A DNA stretch of 63,746 nucleotides, the filler included, from Octopus bimaculoides (Eukaryota), in the NCBI RefSeq assembly GCF_001194135.2. It is 5 parts of 5 records of this genome, joined end to end, with 100 filler letters (N's around TTAATTAATTAA, not from the genome) between each part and the next. Parts side by side here need not be neighbours in the genome. Positions count along the whole stretch, not along the records: positions 1 to 28,372 come from NC_068985.1; 4 more parts are not named here. One strand, given 5' to 3'. Under the pieces are notes generated by a model. It did no database searches, was not told where the DNA came from, and saw only the letters and a program-made list of their open reading frames with translations. A program made the translations under genes and the position numbers. Shown one piece after another: positions 1-12,320 of this stretch (its first letter is position 1; each line of letters opens with the position of its first letter).

Positions 1-521
1 TATATATATATAAATAAAACTATTCCTTTGTCAATGTGAGAAAAGTGTAAATAAGAACGTTACAAGAGTTAAGGTATGGAGTGGATAATTTTCCGGGCTA
101 CATATTTTTCATACAGGAGTTCCGAGGTTCCACTCGCTATGGAACATATGTAGTCCGGATATTATCTACTCTATTCTTTAACTCTCGTATTTTATTCGCA
201 TAGCTGACAACCCCGCCTACCTACCATAATATATAAAATATAATTTATTTTAGCTTGCTATACTTCGATACGGAAAAAATCCACAACCTTCCGCCTCAAT
301 GAACCGTTATTGTTCCTGAAAGTTGTTTTTTTCATATTTTCTACAGTTAGCTTGAGGCTCACCTTCTTCATACACTTCAATCTTTGAATCTAATATATAT
401 ATACATATATGTATATATATATATATATAAGGTTGAGGAGGGTATTGGATTTAACCAAACCCAGGAGGATACAGGTAATATCGAGTAAGCTCTCTTTATC
501 TTTTTGTTTTTATATATTTAC

Positions 522-610
<89 letters not shown>

Positions 611-689
611 TATCATATATACATGTATATAAACGCATATATAAATTTATCTATACATATATACATACATGTAAAGGGATATGTTTTTT

Positions 690-915
690 TTTTAAACACA
701 CATGAGTATTTAAACGTATGTGCTGTATATCAGTCTCTGCATTAAATCGATGTTGCCTGAAAGTGCATGGTGCTTCACACGTCAGGTGAGGTAGTGATCG
801 CAGAACAGCGTGAGACGAAGTGTTTTGATCAAAAACACACAATGCACCACCTGGTCTAGGAACTGAGACCACGATCTCGTGATCGTGAGTGCAACACTCT
901 AACCACTAGGCCATG
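690..915 (-). mobile_element. tRNA-derived SINE (family D)
   Basis: Minus head CACATGGCCTAGTGGTTAGAGTGTTGCACTCACGATCACGAGATCGTGG; related copies at 18850-19085, 26470-26640, 47880-48030 and probably 3040-3260. Confidence 0.7.
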
Positions 916-1619
916 TGGGCTCGACCCATACGTGCATACATACATACATACATACATAATGGAACTGTAAAGATATGTAAAACTTTCCAAAAATTTAGCA
1001 CATAAATACATATGCATGCATCTAGACATAAAAACGCATCCATAAAACAAACATACAAATCTGCGCATACACTAACACCAAATACTGCACACACACACAT
1101 ATGCACAAATACCTAGATGATGTTGATAAAAGTTCCAATGAAGGAGCCTTGAATCTATGTTAGAGTCCGGCTCTTTCTCTATGGACAAGAAATACAGAAA
1201 TGAAACTGATTGATAACATACATACATACATACATACATACAAGATCACTTAATCCAGCATCCAACGTGTATCCAACAGAAATCCTTTTGTTCGGCTGAT
1301 CTGATTTTTCAGCATATATTCTGTGCTTCATCAATTGTTTTTTTACTCTAGGTTGTGGTCACTACTAGCAGACGCCACCCAGCAAATGTTCTCCTTCAAA
1401 TTTCTAATAACCATTGGCCAATGTCCAAGTATTTTGCATTTACTGTTATCTATTTATATGCTGTAAATCGAGCAATGTAAAAGTTTAAAAGTTTCCAATT
1501 TCAATAATAATGTTAAAACTGACATAATGTGAAGCAAAATGCAAAACACCCTCTACCTAAAAAAAAGTAGTAAACAAACAAGAAATATATAACATCAACA
1601 CGGTACCAGAAAATTAAAA

Positions 1620-2100
1620 TGATGGAGTGTTTGAAACGAACTGAGATACGGGATATTATCGTGCAAGAATATAACAGTTTTCAACAGTTCATGTCAGTAA
1701 GATACCAAATTTCCAAGTTAATGCAATTGCTAGCTGATTTAGAGACATATCTCACATCCAAACCAAGGATCATAAGCAAAATATTGTATCGTCTGATAAA
1801 AGTCGTAACTTCAGATGAATAAGAAAACACAGCAGAGAGATGATTGAAATATACGACAGAAAATAACGAGAAAATAAGGGAAGATAAACAGACATGGGTA
1901 TATTGTGTATATTGAGTATATTGAGGATAACCTTTCTAATAATATAAAAAGGCATTCCTACCGGTAAAAGACCTCACCAAAGGTAATGAACCAAAAATAA
2001 AAAACCATCATAAACACGCATGGAAATAGCTTACAGAAGAGAAAGAAATAATGGAGAGACGGACAGAGTACTGTTCTAACAACTACAAGAGCAGCAGAGA
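1620..2100 (+). mobile_element. RTE-clade LINE remnant (endonuclease-RT linker)
   Basis: VKDLTK...WK*LTEEKEIMERRTEYCSNNY near 1955-2095 resembles the RTE LTEExEILxRWTEYC motif; left boundary uncertain. Confidence 0.6.
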
Positions 2101-2844
2101 TGAAATTATTTATTTAGTAAGATACGTTATTTGAATTCTTATTTTTCCCAGAGACCTGATGAGTGACTGTTTTTTGAGTAGAATATAATCTTGATCAATT
2201 TATTGAGAATTGTACTGGTTTTTTCTACTATAATATGGCCAAGAAACGCGCTTAGTCAACACTTTACCTTCTATTTTATCAATTTATTAAGTTGAATTAA
2301 ATCTTTAGTCTAGTATTTTATAGATTTTCATGGATTTTATACTTTTCTTTTAGATTTTATAGATTTTAAATTAGTATTTTGTAGAGTAGGCTTTTCTGGG
2401 TGGTGATTGGTCTACTTCATTGTTTGAATTGTATATCGGTGGTTCTTCTCTAAATTATATTTATATACATATATTATTTATTATAAAATTCAATTTAGTA
2501 TTACTAAATTGAATATTCCTGTATGTTTGTAATTTTACATTTCCTAATATTGTGATATATATANNNNNNNNNNNNNNNNNNNNNNNNNNNNNNNATAAAG
2601 CAAGCTTCTTTCAGTTTCCGTTTACCAAACTCACTCTAATCTATATATGTTTGTGTGTTTGTTCCACCACGATCGCTTGACAACCGCTGTTAGTGTGTTT
2701 ACGTCCCGGTAACTTAGCGGTTCGACAAAAGAGACCGATAGAATATGTACTAAGCTTACAAAGAATAAGTCCTGGTGTCGATTTGTTCGACTAAAGGCGT
2801 TGCTCCAGCATGGCCGCAGTCATATGACTGAAGCCAATGAAATA

Positions 2845-2876
<32 letters not shown>

Positions 2877-2879
2877 ATA

Positions 2880-2916
<37 letters not shown>

Positions 2917-5457
2917 TATACACGTATATTCATGCACATACAACGTTGCTGTCACTAGTAAACGAGTTATGACTTCGTAACATGTATTATAGTTTCGCTG
3001 TTTTAGCTGTTCACCCAGTCATGAGCAGATATGGACACGCCCTCCGCCTTGGTACTTTTGTAACAGTGGAACACCCTAGTTGTGAAAACTATAGAGAAAG
3101 AGAACTGCACCAGTATTCGGCTGTTATATATTTTCAGTGGAGTATGTAGAAGTATTAAAATAATTACCTTGCTCAAGAAGAAAGCGCTGTACCTAGTCCA
3201 GGAATAGAACCCTCAACTTTATGATTATAAGGCCAATATCCTAGCCATCAAGCCATCATACAGGCAAACACATATGCACGCACTTATATACGAATGCAGT
3301 TATATCTATAGATATTTATGATATTAAAATCATTTCCATCAAGTTCGTCGTAGCTATAAGCAACAGGACAAGTTAGAGAGTTAAAGCCGACAATTGAAAT
3401 AGCGACATGAAATAAATTGATCTTTCGCTCAAAATTGTGGCCATATTTAGGATAGCTTTTACAGTTAGAATTATATTAGACTAGGAATGCATCGAATATA
3501 TATAAAGAAGAAATAATTGGATAAAATCCACGTTCATACTAAGTATAAGTACACATCTTACAACAATACAATGTTCTCTCACTATCTCTCTGTCTCTCTC
3601 TCTGTATGTATGTATGAATGCATGTATGCATGTATTTATGTATATATACATACACACATACAAACATATATATNNNNNNNNNNNNNNNNNNNNNNNNNNN
3701 NNNNNNNNNNNNNNNNNNNNNNNNNNNNNNNNNNNNNNNNNNNNNNNNNNNNNNNNNNNNNNNNNNNNNNNNNNNNNNNNNNNNNNNNNNNNNNNNNNNN
3801 NNNNNNNNNNNNNNNNNNNNNNNNNNNNNNNNNNNNNNNNNNNNNNNNNNNNNNNNNNNNNNNNNNNNNNNNNNNNNNNNNNNNNNNNNNNNNNNNNNNN
3901 NNNNNNNNNNNNNNNNNNNNNNNNNNNNNNNNNNNNNNNNNNNNNNNNNNNNNNNNNNNNNNNNNNNNNNNNNNTATGTATATATATATATATATATGCA
4001 TATATACACATGTATACACACATACATATATATAAACACATGTATATGTATGTATATATTGTATGTTTGCATGTATGTATGTATGTATGTATGTATGTAT
4101 GTATTAACCCACTGTCTGTAACATATGAGCGAAACTATTTTATCTTCATGGCAATTGTGAGAATATTCACGCTGCGCATAAAAATTGCTGTTATAAAAAC
4201 GTTATTGAAATATACATAAATGATGTTCTCTTCTGACCTGCCATCAGCTTCTAGAATCATATAAAATTTTGTTAATGTTTTTCTTACAAAGCAAGCGTTC
4301 ACGTTGGTAAGAATAGTCGAGTGCAGAACTAAATATAAATTTCTGGTAATAGTTATTGCAGTAGTTTAACCCCGAGTCAATCTTGATCGAGTGGTTCTAT
4401 GGTCAAAGACATTTCAGCCAGCAGTGTCTTAACAATATTCTCTGCTTCGTCCCTCTAGGTAAAACAAGCACCGACGACTACAGTATATATTTACTCTAAA
4501 CTAGTTACAGAGTACATCAAGTACATCGATTAGCTCTTCACACGGTACTAGTTCTAGCCGTGACCATCCGCTTTCTTTTTGTATATCTAAAGCTACGTTT
4601 TCTAATATATTATGTATACTGAGAGAGATTGTGGTTGTTGTTTCTGGCAGGTGAAGTAGTCATGTACAGTTTCTTTTTCGATATTGGCTTCAAATGTGGG
4701 CGCAACACTAGAGATTTCGGGCCAAGGTGTGAATCGATAACATCTACTCCAGCGCAGAACTTATTTCATCGTCCCCGAAAGGATGAAAGGCAAAGTCGAC
4801 CTCAGCGAAATTTGAACTTAAAACGTAAAGGCGGACGAAGTGCCGCTAAGCATTTTTTCCGGCGTGGTAACGATTCCACCTGCTCGTCGCCTTGTTGCAT
4901 TTGTATATTAGCTTAGATTTTGTTCAGTTGTTCATTGAAGAAATCTATGAACACAATGTTCCATCCATAACTGTCGCATAATTTCTAATGTTATTCAAGT
5001 ATGGTCTGAAGATTTTCTTGCTATTTCTAGTGCGACGTAGATGCCTTTTCGTCGGTTCGTATTAGATTAACGCATATAATAATTGTAGCTTCCGTTCAAA
5101 GCCTCGTATTCTTCTTCTCTATTCAGTATTCTAAAGTTGATAATTAAGTGTTAGTTATATTTTGACGTAAATGTAACTAGTTTTATTTTGACATAGATGA
5201 TTACAAACTTGTCACGTAGTCTCAAAATATTAAATTAATATTTGACAAAATAAAGCTGAATAGCGTACTAAATGTATTAAATATTTTATAGCATTTCATC
5301 ACTATACACAGACTTGGTCTTCTATATGTTGACCTTTCACTTTGCTGCAATTTCATCTAATATTTTTTTTTCATAGCTTAGTGACAAAAGGAACGGTATC
5401 CATGTGAGTTATTGCTCGGCCTCTGAGACATTCAATCTATCAGACAGACATTAACAG

Positions 5458-5506
<49 letters not shown>

Positions 5507-5883
5507 TAAAATACTTTAATCCAAAATGGCGTCGTGACCTCACTGCCTCGTTGTCGCAATTATTTTTCTGTGATGAGTAATTACCGCATTTTATGAGCGA
5601 CTCACACGGACTCTGTTAACAAATGTATCAGTCAGAACGCAGTGCCATCCTGGATTCGCAAATTCATGCCGAAGATAACTAAATTGTTTATTCTTGAGGT
5701 AATAAGGAGTTACTTCGAACGTCAATTTGGCTTGCTAGAAGAAAGAATCAATTAATCTCCCTTATATCAATATCGTCTTAAATTGGAAAGGTGCATTAGA
5801 TACTGTAGTTCTGGATATACGTTTAAATAAATCACGAATTTAGGCATAGTACTGCTCTATCATGGTTGACTTGGTGTCAAGCA

Positions 5884-6020
<137 letters not shown>

Positions 6021-6054
6021 TTCTGGTTGTGAAACTAATTACTAAAAATAAATT

Positions 6055-6780
6055 CTAGGTAAAAAAGTTTGAGGATTTAACTATCAAGTTTAACAATTCA
6101 AGTTGATACATCACTTCCTCGTTGAATTTGCATGATCTCCAGTCTATATTGCGTTCAGCACAAAATGAAATGAAAGTATTTAGTTCTAGTTTAGTTTTGT
6201 TATCAGGAGGATGTGAGGAAAAATTTACGGGAAGTGACTGTTTTGTCCCTTGTGATGTTTTCAAGCACAAATTTTGTTGTCTAACATAGAAAGACAACAG
6301 GGTAGCACCGTTAGTAGGAGAGATTGAGAAGGTGAAAAAGGAGGGTGAAATAGTGTATCTGAATAAATCAGGGGAAGCTACGTTAAGTAAAGAGGGATTA
6401 ATAGAAGTCAAAAGGATTTATGAACAAGACAAAGTGTAAAACTAAAAAATTGAACGAATGAAAAAGTGTGAAAGGGTGAAATTTTAATAGATTACATAAA
6501 CTTTAAAAATTCCTCGAAAAAATGCAAAAATTACCAAAAGATTCTCAGAGAATTCTGAAAGAATTTCGGAAAAAGTATGAAGGCTTCATACTCATAAAGT
6601 TATAAAGCTTCAAAGTGTTAAAGTTTAACGGTTTAAAGATAGATAGACAGATAGCAGATAGACAGGACCTACAAGTGGCGTGTGATCTGTGCATAGCCTT
6701 GTTGCTAGTGGAAGATACGTAGCCTGGTGGGGACTGGTGAGGATAAGGTGTAGGTGTATCGCATTAAAGTTAGTTGTATA
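6055..6780 (-). mobile_element. Possible decayed Penelope-like RT/thumb remnant
   Basis: 118-aa ORF with FSISPTNG..LSFY and NFSSHP loosely resembling the PLE FLD..YxKPT...SSHP region; strand-biased composition. Weak. Confidence 0.25.
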
Positions 6781-7814
6781 TGGTTATTTGTGGAGTGAAA
6801 TGAAGAAAACTGAAACCACATTGCCGTCTTGACTTGTCTAGAAATGTCTTAATCAGTGCACGCACTCATCACAAAAAATTGAAATACGAATAAAATTTAC
6901 TCGGACTTGTTACTTCTTGTTGAACTGATGTCTCTAACTAATCTTAAATGTTAATTAATGGATCTCTTAAGTGCTTTACATTTTCTCTGTATTTGCTATT
7001 TTTCAACACATCTTGCTTTCATTCATTACGCAACTATCAATGCATTCAATTAGTTAAATGTTAAATTAGAATTTTAATTTTTTACTTCAGAAATTTACTC
7101 TAAGCGGCCATTATCCCTTGTTGTATGGAAATACCATAATATATATTTTTTTTTATCTAACCGTTATGTTGAGAGCTTTTGGCAAAATTACAGCAAAACG
7201 TGAATTTGATACTCTGCAAAAGCTATTTTACTTCGCATAAGATGACAATACTCCTGGGAAAAAGCATGAATGTCACAATCTCCCACATCCCAATATTCAC
7301 TAAAATAGGAAGTCTTTGTGCTTTATCAAATCGAAAGTATGGTAATGGTGTCTTGGAATATGTTTTGTGTTTTGGCTGACGCTAATATACTGTGGTTATA
7401 TCAGTAATAAACTTGATAAATGCATGAGCATTACAAAGTATCATACGCTATCCACAAAAACTAACTTTATTCAAAGTACATATTTGTTTTTGAAATGTTA
7501 TTGAGATATAAGATAGTGTATAATGACAGAAGCAGCTAGGGCAGAAATACACCAAGCTAATGCATTTCATTATTTACTTCAATGTCTTTTTAGTTCCGTG
7601 ATAAAGACCTATCCGAGCCGCATTTTGGTATGGTAGACGAAATCTGTTTCCGTGTGGTAGACAATATCTGATACCCAGTTTACAATCACCTCTTAGTTCT
7701 TGAATGCTTTTAGCGCAATATTCTGCTCAATATCACGGTACAGTTGTCGATTATTCAGTCTACACAAGCTTCATGTGGCATTAGCTTTTATACCTGTATT
7801 TATTTCACGAGGGT

Positions 7815-8200
7815 GGAGGCGCAATGGCCCAGTGGTTAGGTCAGCGGACTCGCGGTCATAGGATCGCAGTTTCGATTCCCAGACCGGGCGTTTTGAGTGT
7901 TTATTGAGCGAAAACACCTTAAACTCCACGAGGCTCCGGCAGGGGGTGGTGGCAAACCCTACTGTACTCTTCCACCACAACTTTCTCTCACTCTTACTTC
8001 CTGTTTCTGTTGTGCCTGTAATTCAAAGGGGTCAGCCTTGTCACACTGTGTCACACTGAATATCCCCGAGAACTACGTTAAGGGTACACGTGTCTGTGGT
8101 GTGCTCAGCCACTTGCACGTTAATTTCACGAGCAGGCTGTTCCGTTGATCGCATCAACTGGAACCCTCGACGTCGTAAGCGACGGAGTGAAAACAACTAC
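7815..8200 (+). mobile_element. tRNA-derived SINE (family C, octopus OR-type), full length
   Basis: A box TGGCCCAGTGG, B box TTCGATTCC, body GGGTACACGTGTCTGTGG...TTTCACGAGCAGGCTGTTCCG; highly similar inverted copy at 20684-21016. Confidence 0.85.
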
Positions 8201-8836
8201 AATTTCACGAGGATGTGTCTTCCGGTTAAGCACCCAATATTTCTTCTCTGGAGAAAAGACATTTCAAGTTGTGAGTTAACGAAACTCTTTAAGTGTGCCT
8301 ATCTGGAATGAAGACAGTACTGTTGGTGCTCTACACATACAGTTTTCTTAATTCTAGTATATTTGTCTTTTGTTGCTGAAGGAATGGTTTTGTTTTGTAT
8401 TTTGCTGGTTTTGCGAGAGGACGAATGAATGAATAAGGCTAGCATGACTATTGTGTGGCTTGACATTGTCATGGGTTCGTCGTAGAGTGAAAATTTTCGT
8501 AAGAAGGACCAGGAAAGGAAGGACTAGGAAAAGTGCTTAATACATACGCAGGTGGATGGGAGGGGAATGAAACAACATAGAAATGGTGTGAGAAAGAGAA
8601 TGTTCGTAACATTGATTCATACTGGGTTTATTGGATTATCTTCAAACGTTTGACGGGTTATTTCCCGCTATGGATCTAATCAATTGAAGTAAACGTAGAG
8701 ATATCCAATAAAAATAATTATATTCAACATGCTGAGAATCATCACAAAATCTTTCACGCTTCTTAATTGGCTACGTTACTAAGGATTTCTGAATGAAGTG
8801 AGACTTCAAAGTTCACCACGATCAAGTTATTCTCTC

Positions 8837-8890
<54 letters not shown>

Positions 8891-8926
8891 NNNNNNNNNN
8901 NNNNNNNNNNNNNNNNNNNNNNNNNN

Positions 8927-8967
<41 letters not shown>

Positions 8968-9996
8968 TTCTTAACAAAACATACTTTCCAATTCATTGCA
9001 TCAATATGAAACTCCTCATATTTTTCTACATCATTCCCTCCCTTTTCTTTACTCTCTTTCCTTTTCCTTCTTCTCTCAGTCTCCGATTTTCTTTATCTTG
9101 ATAGCACTACAACAAACCTTCCCCATCACAACACCAGTACAAGTCTAATACCAAAAATTATATTTCAGAACTTTGAGTACTACAGCCCCTTTAAATAATG
9201 AACGGTACTAATTGCATAGAGAATGAAGAAAGGGAAAAGTTCAGTTAAATTAGTACATGGGAAAATTATCAAAATCAGAACAGGTAGAGAGAAAAAGAAA
9301 ATATCACTATAAAAAATGATAGAGAAAATAACAAAAAAAAAAAGAAAAAACAAGCTACAGCGATGAAAGGGTTTAGATGAGCAAAAATAATTGGTTGAAG
9401 CAATACACGGCAAATGTGAGAACAGAGATTGCGATAAGATTGGAAACTGTCAAAACATTAACAACAGCAAGAATAAGATTTAAAAAAAAAGAAGAGTAAA
9501 AATATAAAAGTAATGTTTAATACTAGAAAATTAGAAAGAAAAATAAAACTGCAACAAGAAAAATGCGAAATAAAATGAAGACTAAATGGCATATCCCATC
9601 AATAACGTGATTAATAAAAAAATATCACAAGAATGTTTATTACTAAAAATTTTGTTTTGTTTTGTTTGTGTTTATATCATTTGTGTTTTCGTTTAAAGGA
9701 TCTGTTAATATCTCAAAACTAAGAAAAAATTCATGTGAATTTGGTTTTTGCGGTGCAGCAATTGGATTAAATGGCGTGAAAGACAGGCAGCGATGTATAT
9801 GCGTTAAAATGAATACGCTAACGTTTAGAATTATGTATAGACGCACGTCAGTTTGCAATATAAATAGCTACTAAATGATATTACGCTTCCAACCGTGTAA
9901 TATCTATAAGCGTATCAAAGATAATATTTCCCTTGCCATAAAATCCATAACAACATTACATCAAGGGATCAAGTTTGAGATGCTTGCCTTGCACAA

Positions 9997-9998
<2 letters not shown>

Positions 9999-10052
<54 letters not shown>

Positions 10053-10081
10053 GTTATCACTGTTGTTATTGTTGCTGTTAT

Positions 10082-10172
<91 letters not shown>
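9999..10172 (+). repeat. Compound microsatellite (TAT)n(TAC)n(TAT)n
   Basis: Read directly; explains the poly-Y, poly-I/T and poly-L ORFs at 9875-10269. Confidence 0.95.
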
Positions 10173-10175
<3 letters not shown>

Positions 10176-11475
10176 TCATTTTCGAAATTATTTCATGGGA
10201 TTGTTTTTATCGATCAGATTCAAAGCAAAGCGGAAAAATAATGTGAAATATGAGATTTCAATCTGTTGAATTCAATAACTTATGAAATGCATTATTTTTC
10301 ATGATTTTTTTTCTAACAAGAAAAGAAAAAAAAAAGAATATTAAAATTTTGTCACGTTATTTTGCAATGCAAGAGAGCAAGTATTAACAACAGCAGCAGC
10401 TACAACGGCGGTAAAATACACATAACAATTGGCAACACAACATTCCCAACAGTCTGGAAATATTCTTCAGCATGCACGCAATATTTTCTCTATTCTGCAT
10501 ACTGTTTATGCATTTCCAATTTTAATCGGCTGGGACTTCAGTGCATCAATCTATTTAAAATGTTTTTCTGTTATTTTGAGTTGTTGCCCTTGTCTTTGTT
10601 CTTATTACTATTTCTTTTTTTAGTCAGGAGGTAAGGCTGTGTTTATCACCATTTCCGCGGATTCTGTGACTGGAAAGAGAGAGAGGGTAAAAGGACGGTA
10701 TCTTCAAATCGGAAGTCTGGCCCGAATATTTGCAACAGAGTTGCTTCTGTTAAAGATACCCAAGGTAGCAGGTGACGGTGTTAAACCAGGCGGCGGATTA
10801 AGTATACTACTAGGACACAATTTCTACTCAGAATTAATTTCGTAATTCAACCGGCCTGCGTTCTTAAAGTTCCACCAATCCAAAGTCCTGAACTGGTACT
10901 TCTTAAGCAACCATGAAAGGGCGAAAGGTGAAGTTAACCTCGGTCCGATTTGAATTCAGACCTCAGTGAGTCGGAACACGCAGAAGAAGTAATTTTATCC
11001 GACGTTCTACCGATTCAAGCCTAGTTAGGTTGATTTCAACATCGTCCACTATTTAAATACAATTCTGGTACGGATACAGTCTTGAGTAATTAAAGTGAAC
11101 TTGTTGGCCCCATCAAGTCTGTTAGCGTTTACTTTGCTGTTTAATATAGATTTAGAATATTTGAAGAAGCAGGAATTAACATTAACTTAAAAAATGAAAA
11201 TACTGATTTCGAAGCTACAGAATTTGTAGAGGAAAGCAGAAAAGGATCAATCTTTTCATCGATTTCATTAACTACAAGACAGTACGACTATTCATTTTAT
11301 TAACCTCGATAGATAAATTAGTAGTTTCACCTATGATGATGTAAAATCTAAAAATGTACAGAAACATTACAAAATACTGCTATCCATCCACTGTTCTCGT
11401 GGTATTATCCCAAATAGCGCTACAATCATCACATATTAAAAACAAAAGCGACAAATAACAATGACAACATCAACT

Positions 11476-12320
11476 GTTATAGTGTTTCTAATATAGGCAC
11501 AGGGCTCGAAATTTCGAGGGAAGGGACAAATCGATTACATCGATCCCAGTGTTCAACTGGTACTAATTTTATCAACTTCAAAAGAAGGCAAAGTCGACTT
11601 TGGCAATATTTGAACTCAAAACGCACAAACAGAAGAAATGCTGCTAAGCATTTTGTTCTGCGAGCTAACAATTCTGCCAGCGGGATGCCTTTAACATTGA
11701 TTTCAAACTTTGGCGCAAAGTCAACCCGTTCCAGAGAAAGGGCTTGTCGATTGCGTCTCCCCTAGTACTCAACTGGTGCTTATTTTATCGACCCGAAAAG
11801 AAAAAAAAATGAAAGGCAAAGTCGACATCGGTAGAATTTGATCAATAATTAAATTAGCATTAACCTTGTATCGCAAATTTTATCCTGGATAAAAAATCTG
11901 TCTTCGGGAAATAAATTCTACACACTTTTGAGCTTTTCTTATACTTAAGAAATTCAATTTAAATCCCACCAAAGTCAGTTTTGTTTTTTGTTTTTTGTTT
12001 TTTTCGGAATAGATAAAATGAAGTACCAGTCCTAACCGGTGTGTTAATGGAGTTCTTATAACGTCGGTCGGGTTGCATTGCAATATTAATTCCGTCTGTA
12101 AGGTAACGAGTTGGCAGAGTTGTTACCACGCCGAGCAGAATGCTAAGGGGTATTTCGTCTGTCTTTAGGTTCTGAGTTCAAATTCCGTCCAGGTCGACTT
12201 TGCCTTTCTTTCATCCTTTTGGGGTCGATAAAACTGGTACCAGTTGAGGACTGGGATGGATGTAATCGACTTACCCGCTCTCCCGAAATTTCTTGTGTCA
12301 AAATTTGAAACCAATATTAA
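11476..12320. mobile_element. Family A SINEs: two minus (11476-11840), one plus (12100-12320)
   Basis: Same conserved core. Other copies at 4680-4895, 10870-11030, 13860-14000, 31490-31645, 37105-37350, 43845-43960, 55560-55790. Confidence 0.8.

Noticed and set aside
427-463. 37-bp similarity to 36324-36360
   Set aside because: Too short to classify; probably a fragment of another dispersed repeat.
5570-5700. GTGATGA box C-like motif
   Set aside because: No matching box D (CTGA) or terminal stem at snoRNA distance.
7140-7770. Coding-looking short peptides on both strands
   Set aside because: Interrupted by stops, with no recognisable family or consistent exon chain.
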